A DNA stretch of 59,334 nucleotides, filler included, from Catajapyx aquilonaris (GCA_000934665.2; 2 parts of 2 records of this genome joined end to end with filler, not necessarily neighbours in it); one strand, 5' to 3'; shown: positions 12,972 to 24,843, counted from the whole stretch's first letter. Translations and numbers: made by a program. The notes: a model not told the origin generated them from the letters alone.

Positions 12972-14797
12972 CCATTCTTGTCTATGTCGTTACCGGCTTG
13001 CTTTTCGACTGTTTTGTAACAATCCTGCCTCTGGCGGCATTACCTGCACTTTTGGCTCTTCTGCACTGTATAGTTGGGAATATGGCAACAAAAGAACTAC
13101 TTTTACAGACTTGAAAAGTTGGAGAGAAGCGGCTCGTTACGGGTATAGTGCAAAAAGGAAGATACTTTGATCAAAGGTTGCCCTGGTAGTTACGAAGTTG
13201 AACTCCCGGGAATGAGAGGTAGGAGTGTAAATCCAATTTCAAAGATAATTGGGTAACTTCAGTTATGAACTAGTTGCCGGACATGCATGGATAAGTACGA
13301 ACAAGTTACTACCATTATTTGAGCAGAATATTGGTTCCAGCATGTTATGATAAGTAGCTGATTTAATAATTAGCAGTCGCTGTCTTTGTGACACACCTGG
13401 TGGATATACATCTAACTCCCTAGGCATATCCACAACTTTTTGACCTACATAGCCATAATAGCTATTTATTGTCACTAATTTAGTCCCCAACCATCCAACC
13501 CCTATGGACCTTCCCTAATTCACTCTGCCTGCTCAACCTTGAATACCCACAGCAACTGCTTATCTGTATCCACCCCATTGGCCAATTCCCCCAAAACCGG
13601 AGTCTCTCCACGCACACACCACTGACAGGCGCTATACCACGGTCTACCCTCCCCAAGAGATGCTACCCAGGAAGGAAACCAACCCCTACAAAAAAAGGAA
13701 GTAAAACGAACGAGCTGCTCTCCATATTATGCAGTCAGGAAGCTCGATCCAGGGTGCACGTGGACCAAGCGTGACGTGACCGAATCATCTGACTTGGGGT
13801 TGGGAAAAGAGAAAAGGTGCGCCGGATTATCCGGGGGGCTTTGCTGCGTCCGGCTCCGAGAGAAATATAGACCATAATTTCCTCGGCAAGAAAAGAGAAT
13901 GGTAGGAGGGGAGAGGATAATATGTAGGGACGGCTTATGTGGAAGATGGTTTCTTATAGCCAAATCTAAAAATCTGAAAGTGAAATGAATGGGACTTCTA
14001 GTACCTTCTATGTGCACACTTTTTCACCCAGGAAGCAATGTCTATGATAAGACGAGCAAAGTTTGTTCCCTTGTCAGGTTTACCATGTATGGTTTATAGA
14101 GACACGTGCTGACCCAACTGTGAGTTATGGGTCACTGGATAGGAAGTACATGTCATCTCCATTACTACGTCACGGGTTGGTCGGTATCTCAACGGCTCCC
14201 TTGGGCCGAATTGGAACGAGTGGTGTTGGTCACGTGTCGTAAAATAAAAGTCGGCGGAACTGAGAGTAGAGAGATCGGCGAAATGCAGTTTCTTTGTTCC
14301 ACTGTTCTCAAGGAAGGTTGTAAAAAATTTGGTGTTGGAGGGGGGGTGGGGCAGTACCATTGACGTCACATCCATTAGCCTAATCCTGCTGGCCACACAG
14401 CCTGCAAAAAAAGCACTTTGACGGTCACACCTTGGGAATAACTCCATTTGTGTATCGGAGGGTATTGGCGTAGCATGGCCCACTAAAAAAATGGCTGAGG
14501 GCCTTAGGGGGGGATTTTTTTAAAACCTTCTCGTAACCTTCCCGAGAGGTTTCCATGGTCGCAACCCCATTGAATATTAACAGCGTTCCTTTAAAGTGAT
14601 TAGCGATGCAAATGAGATTAAGGTTTTCGGACAAGCTGCCTCCCCCGACGCTTTCTCTTAAATACTTGATTGGTTTTCCAGCGGGAGAGTTCGGTAGGTT
14701 TCCTGTACACGACCTGGATAGAACATGCTATGAAACCTATGTAGCAATACCTCCTTGTAAAGTACTGTTTCGGATCAGGATTTGAATTGAATTCATA

Positions 14798-15104
14798 CTA
14801 GCTGCGGCACCTGGCGTTGCCCGGGAAGAAATGAATGAAGGGAAAACACCCGCCAGTGGCCCCTTCAACTGTCTGTCTTTCAGTGTGTCCGCCCACTAAT
14901 GCCATCTCCCGCTACTCCAACACCTTCAACCTCTCCCATCTGCATAACGGCAACCGTCATTTGCCTTCCATCTGTATTCAAAACCCCCAACACCTCGATC
15001 CTGTTCCGGCCGGGGGGTGGAACACAGATGGCAGGCAAATGACGGTTGGCCGGCGGACAGACGGACAGAGACGACAGACTCACATACAGCTTTATTTATA
15101 TAGA
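14798..15104 (-). mobile_element. Non-autonomous Helitron, copy 1
   Basis: On the - strand: A|TCTATATAAATAAAGC ... CCCGGGCAACGCCAGGTGCCGCAGCTAG|T. It has a 5'-TC, a subterminal GC hairpin, a 3'-CTAG, insertion between A and T, no TSD and internal CTGT-type repeats. A homologous copy lies at 47481-47818. Confidence 0.85.
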
Positions 15105-15162
15105 TAATCTACCAGATTTCTAAGATACCACGTGTCTTACCCTTTGACTTCTGCTGTTCCAG

Positions 15163-15231
15163 GGCAATTCTGGCACCTGACGGACATCCACTACGACCTC
15201 AACTTCACCCATTCCGGCAACCGGGACAAAA
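15163..15231 (+). CDS. SMPDL3: SMPDL3-family phosphodiesterase, coding exon 2
   Basis: Acceptor ctgttccag|, donor |gtaagt. Encodes (G)QFWHLTDIHYDLNFTHSGNRDK, with metallophosphoesterase motif I (DxH) in the ASM/SMPDL3 'FWHxTDxHxD' context. Confidence 0.93.
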
Positions 15232-15970
15232 GTAAGTGCATTAGCATTAGTAGCAGTTCTGTCGTTGGGATTAAGGTCGTGCAAGGCTTCCTTGGAGATA
15301 AGGCGGATGAAATAAGAGGGATTTGAGGCGTCCGATGAGGTCCACTTGCCGCCTAATTACGGCCGTCATTTGGCTGGAGGAGCCGTGGCTATGGTGATGA
15401 TGATGATGGTGGCGCCTAAAGTTGCATCGTAATGTTTAGTAATTAGCAGAAGAAGAAGAAGCCGGCCAAATGACGCCTGCGCAGTTGGTCACTAGATGGC
15501 GCTCGATTGGCGCCACTGTACGCTTCCGCCCTCTGTGGGGGCTTGGAGAACTACATCCTTGCCATAGTTACCAACCGGGAAAATTTTGACTATGGCGGTC
15601 GCTGGACCTTCATCAGAAGTACTTCTGGGCGCGTTCGGGTGGAAGAAAAAGTAATTGGGAAACGGGCTGAGGGGGATGTAGGAAAAGATGATGACGGGGA
15701 GGTTCGATCGGGATCTCCTGCCGACATGATAATTGAGGTGGCAGTCGACACAAAGTGTGATTGATGCGTATGAGGCGGCGAGTGTCTGTATAGCCAGCCG
15801 TCTGCCTGCTGGTGATGGGTTCCATTCAGGACTGCTCAACCCCCACACTCGTCCGGCTTTTTCATGAAGAAGGCGGCCTGACTGCCTGCCCAGACTACAT
15901 AATCAATGTCTCACGTACAGACTCGGGACCATATATGACCGATGTGATTTTTTTCCCCGTTTTTTTATAG

Positions 15971-16124
15971 TGTGCTGGCAGAGTGATGCGAATCCGGGCT
16001 TGAGGCCTCCGGATGGTCGCTTCGGTGACTACAACTGCGATTCTCCTTGGGTGCTGGTGGAGTCGGCAGTCAAGGCGATGAAGAGCTTCACTGGAGAGAA
16101 CATCGATTTTATTCTCTGGACCGG
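15971..16124 (+). CDS. SMPDL3: SMPDL3-family phosphodiesterase, coding exon 3
   Basis: Acceptor ttttttatag|, donor |gtaagt. Encodes MCWQSDANPGLRPPDGRFGDYNCDSPWVLVESAVKAMKSFTGENIDFILWTG, with the ASM-family GxFGDYxCDSP and DFILWTG motifs. Not present in the supplied ORF track. Confidence 0.95.
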
Positions 16125-16606
16125 GTAAGTTGACACTTTCTTCCGCGTAGCTGGAGGTGTGTTTGGTATTGCATTGTTACGTATGGTACTCATATATCTG
16201 CCATGTGTTGAGTACCGGGGGGTTTAAAATGTTAATATTGACGCAACTGGGGGATCGCCATGTAACTCTTCGTATTATCTTTGAATTATCTAACAGCTGA
16301 TCCGGCCAACATCAAGTAAGCTGATTCTCGAATTACGCGTGTTAAAAATCATAATCGGCCTTAATCCGCAATCGGCGGTCGGCAATACTGAATGAGTAAT
16401 GAGATTCCATTACGTCCCCCAGCTGCAAGTTCCTCCATTCCGCACGAACACTGCGCCATTTTTGCTCACACTTTAATTTTCAACTTTCACACTGTAGCTG
16501 GGTAGTTTCTGACTCGGAGTTTAGTTGGAGTTATGGAACTCGAATGAATTGGCGCCACTGTACTCTTAAGGCAGCTACACACGGGCAGGTTGCATCCGCA
16601 GTTGGA

Positions 16607-16678
16607 CTCCACCCGCCAATGAGCGCGAGGCGGCAGCTGTCGCGACAGCTGCCGCCTCGCGCTCATTGGCGGGTGGAG
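16607..16678. repeat. Perfect 72-bp spacer-less palindrome
   Basis: ctccacccgccaatgagcgcgaggcggcagctgtcg|cgacagctgccgcctcgcgctcattggcgggtggag. Confidence 0.92.
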
Positions 16679-16948
16679 ATAGTGCCACGAAACGGATTTC
16701 TGTCCAGTTCGTATCAATGGACCTGGAAAAAGTAGTTGAAGTTATGCTGGGGACATACTTCTCCAAAGCCACCAGAGTGGGCGTAAAGGCGGCTACACAC
16801 GGGCGCGACAGCTGCCGCCTCACGCTCATTGGCGCCTTTACGCCCACTCTGGTGGCTTTGGAGAAGTATGTCCCCAGCATAACTTCAACTACTTTTTCCA
16901 GGTCCATTGATACGAACTGGACAGAAATCCGTTTCGTGGCACTATCTC
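16676..16948. repeat. Perfect 116-bp inverted repeat with 41-bp spacer
   Basis: 16676-16791 reads as the exact reverse complement of 16833-16948. It explains the mirror-image ORFs in the track. Confidence 0.92.
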
Positions 16949-17180
16949 GCCGAGCATGAACCCATTCCCACGATGTTGCCACACTTCCACCGCCCAAATC
17001 AAACCCGGCCACGGCCAGATGAACTTAATCACCTTTCCTCCTGCAACATACATTGCTTCCCTACCCAGCTCTGACAATAAGCCCAATCTCCTTCCTGGGA
17101 GAGGGAATGGGCGAGAGAAGGAAGGGCTCTTCCTATCCTCCATGGGACCGATAAACCGATGTAAAGGACAGATGGCTTCT

Positions 17181-17235
17181 CCTTCCATTCTTCCTTCCTT
17201 CCTTCCTTCCTTCCTTCCTTCCTTCCTTCCTTCCT
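17181..17235. repeat. (CCTT)n microsatellite
   Basis: More than 10 tandem CCTT units. Confidence 0.9.
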
Positions 17236-20200
17236 ACCCCCTTTCCTACCTCCTCCGCCCACCCGTTCTTCTCGCCGGCTCTCGGTTCGATCCGGTCCGC
17301 GCCCCCAAATTGGAAGGAGTCCCTGCAGGAATGTGGCGAACCTCTCGAGGCAACCGGCCTTCCATTTCAACCTGGACGTAAGCGCAGGAAGTTTGGATGC
17401 CAAGTTGAGGAAGGAAACTCAGTCGTATATCCACCGTGAGATTGCCTCCTCCCAGTGACGCACTCTTTCAAAAGAAAAAGAAAAAAAAAAAGTATCGTAA
17501 GGTCTCCTTTTGTCTTCTGTTGTTGGTGTTCATGTCGGCGGAACTGATTGGAGAAGGACAAAATCTGAGAGGAGACAGGTGCGTCGGAGCCTATCAGCTG
17601 GGGATTAAGCCGCAACTGGCAGATAATACGTCGGATTAAGGGGATGGCCCCCTCTTCCCTAGTGGCAAGGGGTTGATCCTCGGGAGGACTAGGATCCGTG
17701 TAGAGGAATTTCGGCTAAACTTGCGCTCTTTGCTTGTACTTAGAAAGTTTGCACAGGGAGGTGGGGTTCAGCATTAGGCTCTTCTTAAGCAGTGGGGTGG
17801 AAGGAGTACTGAGCAAAGCTTCACCCGAGAGGTAGGCAATGTCCGATGTGCTATCATGGTTGACTTTCATGCTGTGTGTGTGTCACATGCTCACAAAATA
17901 TCCATTGGTGGTCTGATTACATTGCAAAGGTTGATACAATCTTCATGAGTCAATCAGAAGTTGGGAAGTTGCAGTACGCTATTTACACACTGTGTGTAGT
18001 CTCAGAGCACTGTACGTCCAACTTGAGAAGCATATACCACGAGATGTTCCGGATATCTCTGCGGACCTTTGCGCGTCACATCTCCGTACTCAATTACGGA
18101 ACTACTTTGAGGACTTAAATCCCTCAAGTACGGCTTCAGAAGTGTTTGCAAAAGCCTCAACTTGCAGGAGACGTACTGTACGTATATGGTTATGTTGTGA
18201 TGTGTACGTGCGCGATGAAGGGGCAAGGCGGGGGTGGATAGGGAGGGGGTGGTGGGTGGGGAGGAATACGAGGATTCTGGAGGATGGTATGTTTGCAGGA
18301 CGTAGACTCCAGGGGATACCTAGGAGCTTTCATCATGAATTGCAAAACAACGCCTTTAAATATGCAGCAGCAGGGAAGGCCACTCCTCGTGGCTTCTAAC
18401 CGACTCGGAATTAATTGTTTCCACCAGAAAGAACTCGGCCTAGGCTTTCAACTTCTCCCACGGGTCTTGCTGCCCCCTCCCTCCTTCCCTCACTCCTCCT
18501 CCTCCTCAACCCCCCCAGGCGACCATGCAATGCTTTCTGATGCCTTTCCGTGCTTTCTGCCAAAGGCTGCCCACAAAGGACCAAGGCGACTCTTTCTTCA
18601 AGAACTAGTTAGATTAAACACGGCCTGGAATCAATATCGAGGTGTAATCTAATCTGCTGAGGATGTTCCGTCTTCAAGCTAAAGGATATTTTTGGAAATC
18701 GCTAGTAGGTGAATGTGGAAAAAATAGTTGTCAGGAGAGTTATTGTGTCAATATTTTTCCACACGAAAATGCACAAAATTATAGTAGCCTACATAATTAT
18801 TTATTAATGGACATTAATTAAGGCGAATTACTCCAAGTAACATATGGCAAGCATAAACTCGCCGAGCACTGTGCCTGCAGTGTTTCAAATGACCTACAGA
18901 GTCAAAAACCAAACAGTTTCCCCTTCCATTGTTAATAAAGAGGCACCTTGGTTGCATACATCCCAGAATGAATAAACCTCTCTCCCTGACAACACACTGG
19001 CATGGGCACACTGACGTCTAAACACAGACCAGCTCTTGGTGTACTGGCCTCAACATACTAGCACAAGTTCTAGCCTTATTCACCCTATTTATCCCATCAA
19101 AAACTTCGTACAGTTGAGTCTTTCAACTTTTGTAAAGCCCCCTTTCTAAAGGGGATGTACCACCTCAGCCTGCTTCACTACATATTTTATGTTCACACTT
19201 CCTTTCAGCCATACCGATAGCAAAGTTTTGGACAAATCGAGGGGCCGAATCGCTGGTGGGTGGACGGGGGGGCCCTACCAAATTGGGCTGGAAGCCGGCA
19301 GATAAAAGGGAATTGCGGGCACGGTGATGACGCCAAAAGATGAGCGCCAAGTGCTGCAGACACGTCCTAGTGACGTCGAGGATGCAAATTGGGAGTGAGG
19401 AAAGGAGAATGAAGACGAAGCTGCAAACAAAGTCGGGGCGAAAGGCGAATGAGGTGTCAATCCCCAGGGATTCCACGCGCCTTCATCCTACTCGCTGCCA
19501 CATATTTAACCAATATTTCAAAGTTTGGGGGGGAAGGAGGGTATGGAGGGGAGAACGGAAGCGACAGCCACACAAACTGAAAGCGCTAGGGCTCATTTTT
19601 CACTTCCAACCCACCTCCCTAGCCCACCCACGTCTCCTTGTAAATTGAAAGACACCCAACTTCCTATCTACAAAAAGGCGACAAAAGGGACGTGATGGGT
19701 TTTCCAGGAATGAGCTTGACCCGATATAAATTTGAGTTATTTTTCTCAATATGAAGAGGAAATTCTTGTCTCATAGAGCGCGGGGGACCTCATAAGTAAA
19801 CAGGGGTAGGAGTGCAGTCCACACCCATTAATATCGATATATCGTGGAAATGATCGATTCATATTAAGGCGCCCCGTTTGAAAAATTGTCGGTCGAATTC
19901 GACGTAACAGACTCGGCGAGAATCCTCGCGGCATCAGAACTAACGAGCTGGATTTATTCGGGTAGTGTGCAGATCCGGGGCTTTTTTTTCTTCAGAAAAA
20001 AATGTGTCCCTGCCGCCAATTGGGCGCCTTAGATCAGGACAAATGCGAGGAGCCAACTCCCCGGCATTGCACATTTCCCTTTCCTGGGAACATTTCCCAA
20101 CTCGGATTTTCCCAGCATGTAATGATGTTCGCTTCCCAAACTTAGATTTTCTTTTCTGCAAGCCCCCTGAATTTTTTACTGGCCGGAATATAACATTTCC

Positions 20201-20379
20201 TGGAACATATTTTTTTTCGGTCGAAAAGTTTGTTTAGCGTAGCACAAACTGCATGGCTGTAAATTGCAAAAGCGGAGCAACGTAATCATCATTAAGCTGA
20301 ATTTCGTATTCCGGTACAGCCCGCTTTTAGAATATGAGCGTAATTAAGTGTCTTAGGAGTGAATTTATATGTCGACGCA

Positions 20380-20720
20380 TCGGATTCTTGGCATGGTCGC
20401 AATGTTGATAAGACGCTGACATGTTGGCATCCATCGGACCAGATTGGGCAGCCTTCACATCCGAGAGAAGCAATCTGTTGGCAAAAGGCCTCCGCTGATT
20501 GAAAAGTAAGACCAGCTCCAATCGGCAGGTTTGTTGTGGCAGATATGGCCCAAGTCCCTCAGGGGCCCTACGACCATCCAAATCTCGCAATCCGTCGCCT
20601 CCAAATCCTCCAGCCCACACTTTATACACTCTGGTCCTCCCCCACATGCTGGGTGTGGACCTTTCCAACCCTGATGCAAATTCCTTGGCCAATCTTGAGG
20701 CTCTACGTGGCCAATAAATC
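20380..20720 (-). pseudogene. Possible highly degraded non-LTR retrotransposon fragment
   Basis: ORF 20327..20851 contains GGDGLRDL (cf. the GGLGLxDL motif after LINE RT) and a later HCDH...H stretch faintly like a CCHC finger. The resemblance is weak. Confidence 0.2.
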
Positions 20721-21631
20721 CTGGCTGGATGGAGCGGATCCTCAAGTGGAATAAGAAGAGAAGGCGTATCAAGAAGAGCAGCTGCTTGGAGGGACTCGAG
20801 AGATGAATTGATGGATGGAGAGGCCAAACGAGTAGCTTGTATACCCCTCAACCTTCTATGCCAATAAAGCCATGGCTCGCACGAAAATGTTAAAGTTTAC
20901 TGGACGCCGCCGCTAGATGGCGGCAGTATCTCAGTAGCACCATCTATCGTTTTAAATCTAAAACTAGGCACCGGCGACTGTTGAAAGTGTCTCCCAGAAA
21001 ACTTTTCCTCCTTGAGCTGGTGACTTGGGCAATGTGGCACTTTGTATATCCCCATGATTTGCGCTACGTGAGGTGGAACGCCCTTTTGAATCCCAGCTTG
21101 ATACGCACAAGTGACAGCAACTCCTGGGCTGTATAGTTTCATCTGGAGGGTTGCAAAAGGGCCGGAATTTCCCCGACTGTTCCTGATGAATTATGCGAAC
21201 CCTACTGCTTCCTGTTCGATCCCGTGGGGTTGATTTGAAACTGCGAGTAAAGCGGCAGCGCTTGCGAAATGTCTGAGATAAGCTTTCTTTTCAGTTGGGG
21301 CGGAGCAACGTCAGACTACTTGTCCCCCCCCCCCCCCCNCCCCCCCCCACCTCCCCCGAAATGTGGCTGCTGCTTGAATAAGGAAAGCAGGCTTGAACCA
21401 CACCGTGTTTCCCCTCTGACAACCGGAAGGAATGAAGAGAATTGGGGGAATGAAGGACTTGAGGTAGTTTGGCCGAGTTGTTGCTCCAGACTGCCAGAAA
21501 TCTGATTCCCAGGTCTCCCTGCACGTCCGCAAGTCAAACTCGGCCAGACTAACTTGCCTCCTCTTGAATTAGTTAGGGCAGCTTTCTTTTACTCCAACGA
21601 ATTCATACCCCCTTCTCGGTTGATCCCACAG

Positions 21632-22218
21632 AGACTCGTCATCCCATGCTGGGGAGGAGCTACTGTCTGCCGAGAAGGTGCTGAGCAACCTCCGCAACGT
21701 GACGGATCTCCTGAAACGGGAATTCCCCACGTCGTTCGTCCACGCCGTTCTGGGCGACCTGGATTGCTTCCCGCCGCACCAGTGTCCTCCGGGTCCATCA
21801 GCCCTGTACGCGGAGGTAGCCGACATGTGGCAGCAGTGGCTGCCCCTAGAGGCTATGGACAGCTTCAGAAAAGGGGGGTACTACACCATCGAGCAGACTG
21901 GACGCCGGCTGAGACTTGTGGCCCTCAACACGGCGCTGTACTCCAGGGAGAACCGGCTGTCCGCTGGTCTGGACGACCCAGCTGGACAGTTTGCCTGGCT
22001 GGAGGAGGTGCTGGAGAAGTCCCGAAGGAAGAAAGAGACGGTGTACCTGTTCGGGCATGTTCCCCCGGGAGCATACGAGCGTTTCGCGACCGGAACTTTC
22101 ACACCTAATTTCAACAGGCGGTTCCTGAACCTGGTGACCAGATACTCGGACGTCATCGTGGGACAATTCTTCGGGCATCACCACAAGGATTCCTTCCGGA
22201 TCTACTATGACATTTCGG
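21632..22218 (+). CDS. SMPDL3: SMPDL3-family phosphodiesterase, coding exon 4 (catalytic core)
   Basis: Acceptor tcccacag| (phase 2, completing WTG-DSSSH), donor |gttggt. Contains VLGDLD, GGYY, LNT, DPAGQFAWLEEVL, GHVPPG and QFFGHHHKDSF motifs; overlaps ORF 21678..22253. Confidence 0.96.
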
Positions 22219-22937
22219 GTTGGTACCGACCCACGCATGCTCTTACAAATTAGAGGTGGCGTGTCTGTCCGAAGTAATTGAATGTATGACGCATGTGCAG
22301 TGTGGTGGTCACTAGAAGGAGAACCTCTTCCGGTGGTCAAAGGAACGGAAGCCTCACACAATCCATTGAAAAATGAGTTGGCCGTGATCAATCATCATCA
22401 GGCACGCCCGAGTGCGGCAAACTTCGGACACACATTTGTACGGCAGGAAGTTGTGTCCATTCGCAGCACTTATTTCGCAATGGATTTCATAAAGCTTCCG
22501 TCTCTTTGACCGCAGCAACTAGCTACTTGGTTGAATGCCTGTAGCACGAGCGTCAATTTCAATTACTGCCAGTGCCTGCTGCCAGCTCAACGAGCATTAA
22601 ACTTGGCAGTTCTAGTGGCTTGCTTCAGGAAAATATCTTCTATAGCCTCTGGGTAGCTCACAGATCATGTGTCATTATAATAAAAGTCCTAGTTCATACA
22701 GTGCAGTAATTTGCACGTTTTATATGATTTACTGCAGTTTGAGTTTGTAAAAGCACACACGCCCTGTCCCTTTAAAAGGAGTAGGCAGGATATAAATAGT
22801 TGGCTAAAATACAGTTTTAACGCCTTCAAAAGTAACTTAGCCATTGAAGTGCAAATTAAGCTGGCAACAATATAATTGGCCTACTGTAACTCGGCACATG
22901 GGTTTTAAAAATTAAGTTGTGGTGTTATTCCCAACAG

Positions 22938-23062
22938 GGCGCCCGGTGTCATGGATGTTCCTGGCCCCCAGCGTAACCCCAGTAGGGTCGCCCAAGAGGC
23001 CAGAGGTCAGTCCCAACAACCCTGCCATACGTCTGGTCCGATTCGACAACAGCAATGGAGAG
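22938..23062 (+). CDS. SMPDL3: SMPDL3-family phosphodiesterase, coding exon 5
   Basis: Acceptor ttcccaacag|, donor |gtgaga. Encodes GRPVSWMFLAPSVTP...NNPAIRLVRFD, the family PSVTP/NP.R motif. Confidence 0.95.
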
Positions 23063-23121
23063 GTGAGAAGACCAATCAAGTGTTGGAGTATGTCTTGCTG
23101 ACCTATTTTTCCTTGTTCCAG

Positions 23122-23415
23122 GTGCTGGACTACTCACAATTCTTTCTGAACTTGACTCAAGCCAACCGTCGCAACCGGCCCCACTGGCGGGTCGAGTACA
23201 ACTTGACCCACACCTACGCTCTGACCAACGTGTCCGCCGCATCCCTACACGAAATGGCCATGGGCATGGCCGCCAGCAGGGAGCTATTCGAGCGGTACTA
23301 CCTGGCCAACACCGTGGGATGGGATTCGCCCGAACCCTGCGGTACCTCATGCAGGCACCTACACCTATGCGCCATCACCCGTCTAGACTACAATGCATTC
23401 TACGAGTGCATGAAG
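23122..23415 (+). CDS. SMPDL3: SMPDL3-family phosphodiesterase, coding exon 6 (ASM C-terminal domain)
   Basis: Follows a 59-nt intron (acceptor ttgttccag|). Encodes VLDYSQFFLNLTQAN..W..EY...Y.L...C...C...HLCAI......C, the ASM/SMPDL3 C-terminal domain. Donor AAG|gtactg. Confidence 0.94.
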
Positions 23416-23470
23416 GTACTGTGATTGTTGGTCAAAAACGTACTGTTGCGATAACAATGTGATCTCGCAG

Positions 23471-23590
23471 GCTGTGCAGAGGCTGACCGCCGCAAGTAAC
23501 GCAGCGTCCACCGGCGTTATTGGCGCAACCCTGAGCACCGCACTGATGACCATTGTCCTCGCATCCTGGACACTCCTGATCTTCTCCTGA
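23471..23590 (+). CDS. SMPDL3: SMPDL3-family phosphodiesterase, coding exon 7 (GPI-anchor signal, stop)
   Basis: Follows a 55-nt intron (acceptor tctcgcag|). Encodes AVQRLTAASNAASTGVIGATLSTALMTIVLASWTLLIFS*: small-residue omega region plus hydrophobic tail, as in GPI-anchored SMPDL3B. Joined CDS is 1449 nt, in frame (482 aa). Confidence 0.8.
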   Translation, partial: AVQRLTAASNAASTGVIGATLSTALMTIVLASWTLLIFS

Positions 23591-24670
23591 GAAGAATGTC
23601 CCACAACTTGAGCTGTTCTTTTATCCTTTCCTCCCATCCACCCCCACTTGTACCGGACGCGCTCCTTCAATCGACTGCATCACACAACGAAAACTCCCAG
23701 CGCGAGAAGTTGTTGTCAGCGGGCATGGCCTGAGGCATCTTTTCAAAAACACATAAAAAAGAGAAAAAAATTAGTGTGGGCTATATTGTACAACGTGGGT
23801 TGGTTGGTTGAGTTTGTTGGTGTTGTGTCCGCCACATCCCCTGAGCGCAGACAGCGTTCCTCTTTCTGTTTCTAGTCCTCCGTTCTTGATGCAGACTCCT
23901 TCTGAAGAGAAGAAGCCGTCCTATTGCTGGACAATGATTTTTAAAAAGTGTTGTCGCGAGTGTCACAGGAGTGTCCGCATCTTTTTTCCCCCCTTGTCCC
24001 CCTCTACCTGTTGTTCTTCCCACGCCTGATGGAAAAAAGCCAAAAACACGTATATATACACAAAGGAAAGAACAGTTTTTGATCTGCCAACGATTGTGAT
24101 ATAACTCGTGACTTTATCTGTGATTTTTTGGCCCGGAGCGAGCAGACCATTGTGGATATTGTGAGGAGTCATTCCTGTGTCGTGTCCAAAGGACGCGAGT
24201 AACTGTGTTTAAAAAAATTAAAATAAGAGGACTGCCCCCGTGATCGTGTGACCTCCCCCCCCAGAAGAGGTCAGAGGTTATGGCTGCAGTGGAAAATCTA
24301 AGTCGACCAAAGTCACTTGCTGTGCTTTTGTTACACCCGTCAGTTTGGCAAATATTTTTTTGCCCCCTCTTCTTTGCATATAGACATTACACTAACTGAA
24401 CTATTATCATTTTCAAAATGAATACTATAGTTGTTGTACATTATACTGGCCTGTACCGGAAAAAAAATACATGCAAATATCGCTGTGGAGTGTTTTTGTT
24501 GTACCCTCTGTGACTTGACATCTGCAATAACAAGGATTAAATTAGCATGTGAGAAACGTGAACCAGCTTTGAAACATTAATTTGCTTAGTTATGAACAAA
24601 AAAAAAAACATCGAGGCAGGTTGTTTCGCACATTTCCTCTCGAACAAAGCCCTATTTTGACAATTCTGGT

Positions 24671-24676
24671 TTTATT
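24671..24676 (-). promoter_or_regulatory. Candidate polyadenylation signal of Orai
   Basis: AATAAA on the - strand about 170 nt downstream of the Orai stop codon. Confidence 0.45.
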
Positions 24677-24843
24677 ACAGAGGTAGTTTTACATCAAATT
24701 TTGGCTTGCCACGCACATGAATAATACAGGGATCATACTTCCGGATCTTCCTTCCCTCAAATACCTGCGTTCCATAAGTAGCTTATGAAAATGGCAAAAA
24801 TCAATTAGAACATTTTCTTACTGGAATGTCGCTCAGAATCTGA

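Noticed and set aside
16487..17012. Several ORFs containing duplicated peptide segments
   Set aside because: They are artefacts of the palindrome and inverted repeat, not genes.
17284..17308. GGTTCGATCC B-box-like motif
   Set aside because: No A-box or cloverleaf upstream; the flank is a pyrimidine microsatellite.
21846..23350. Long antisense ORFs (21846..22391 and 22949..23350)
   Set aside because: They are shadows of GC3-rich SMPDL3 coding exons.
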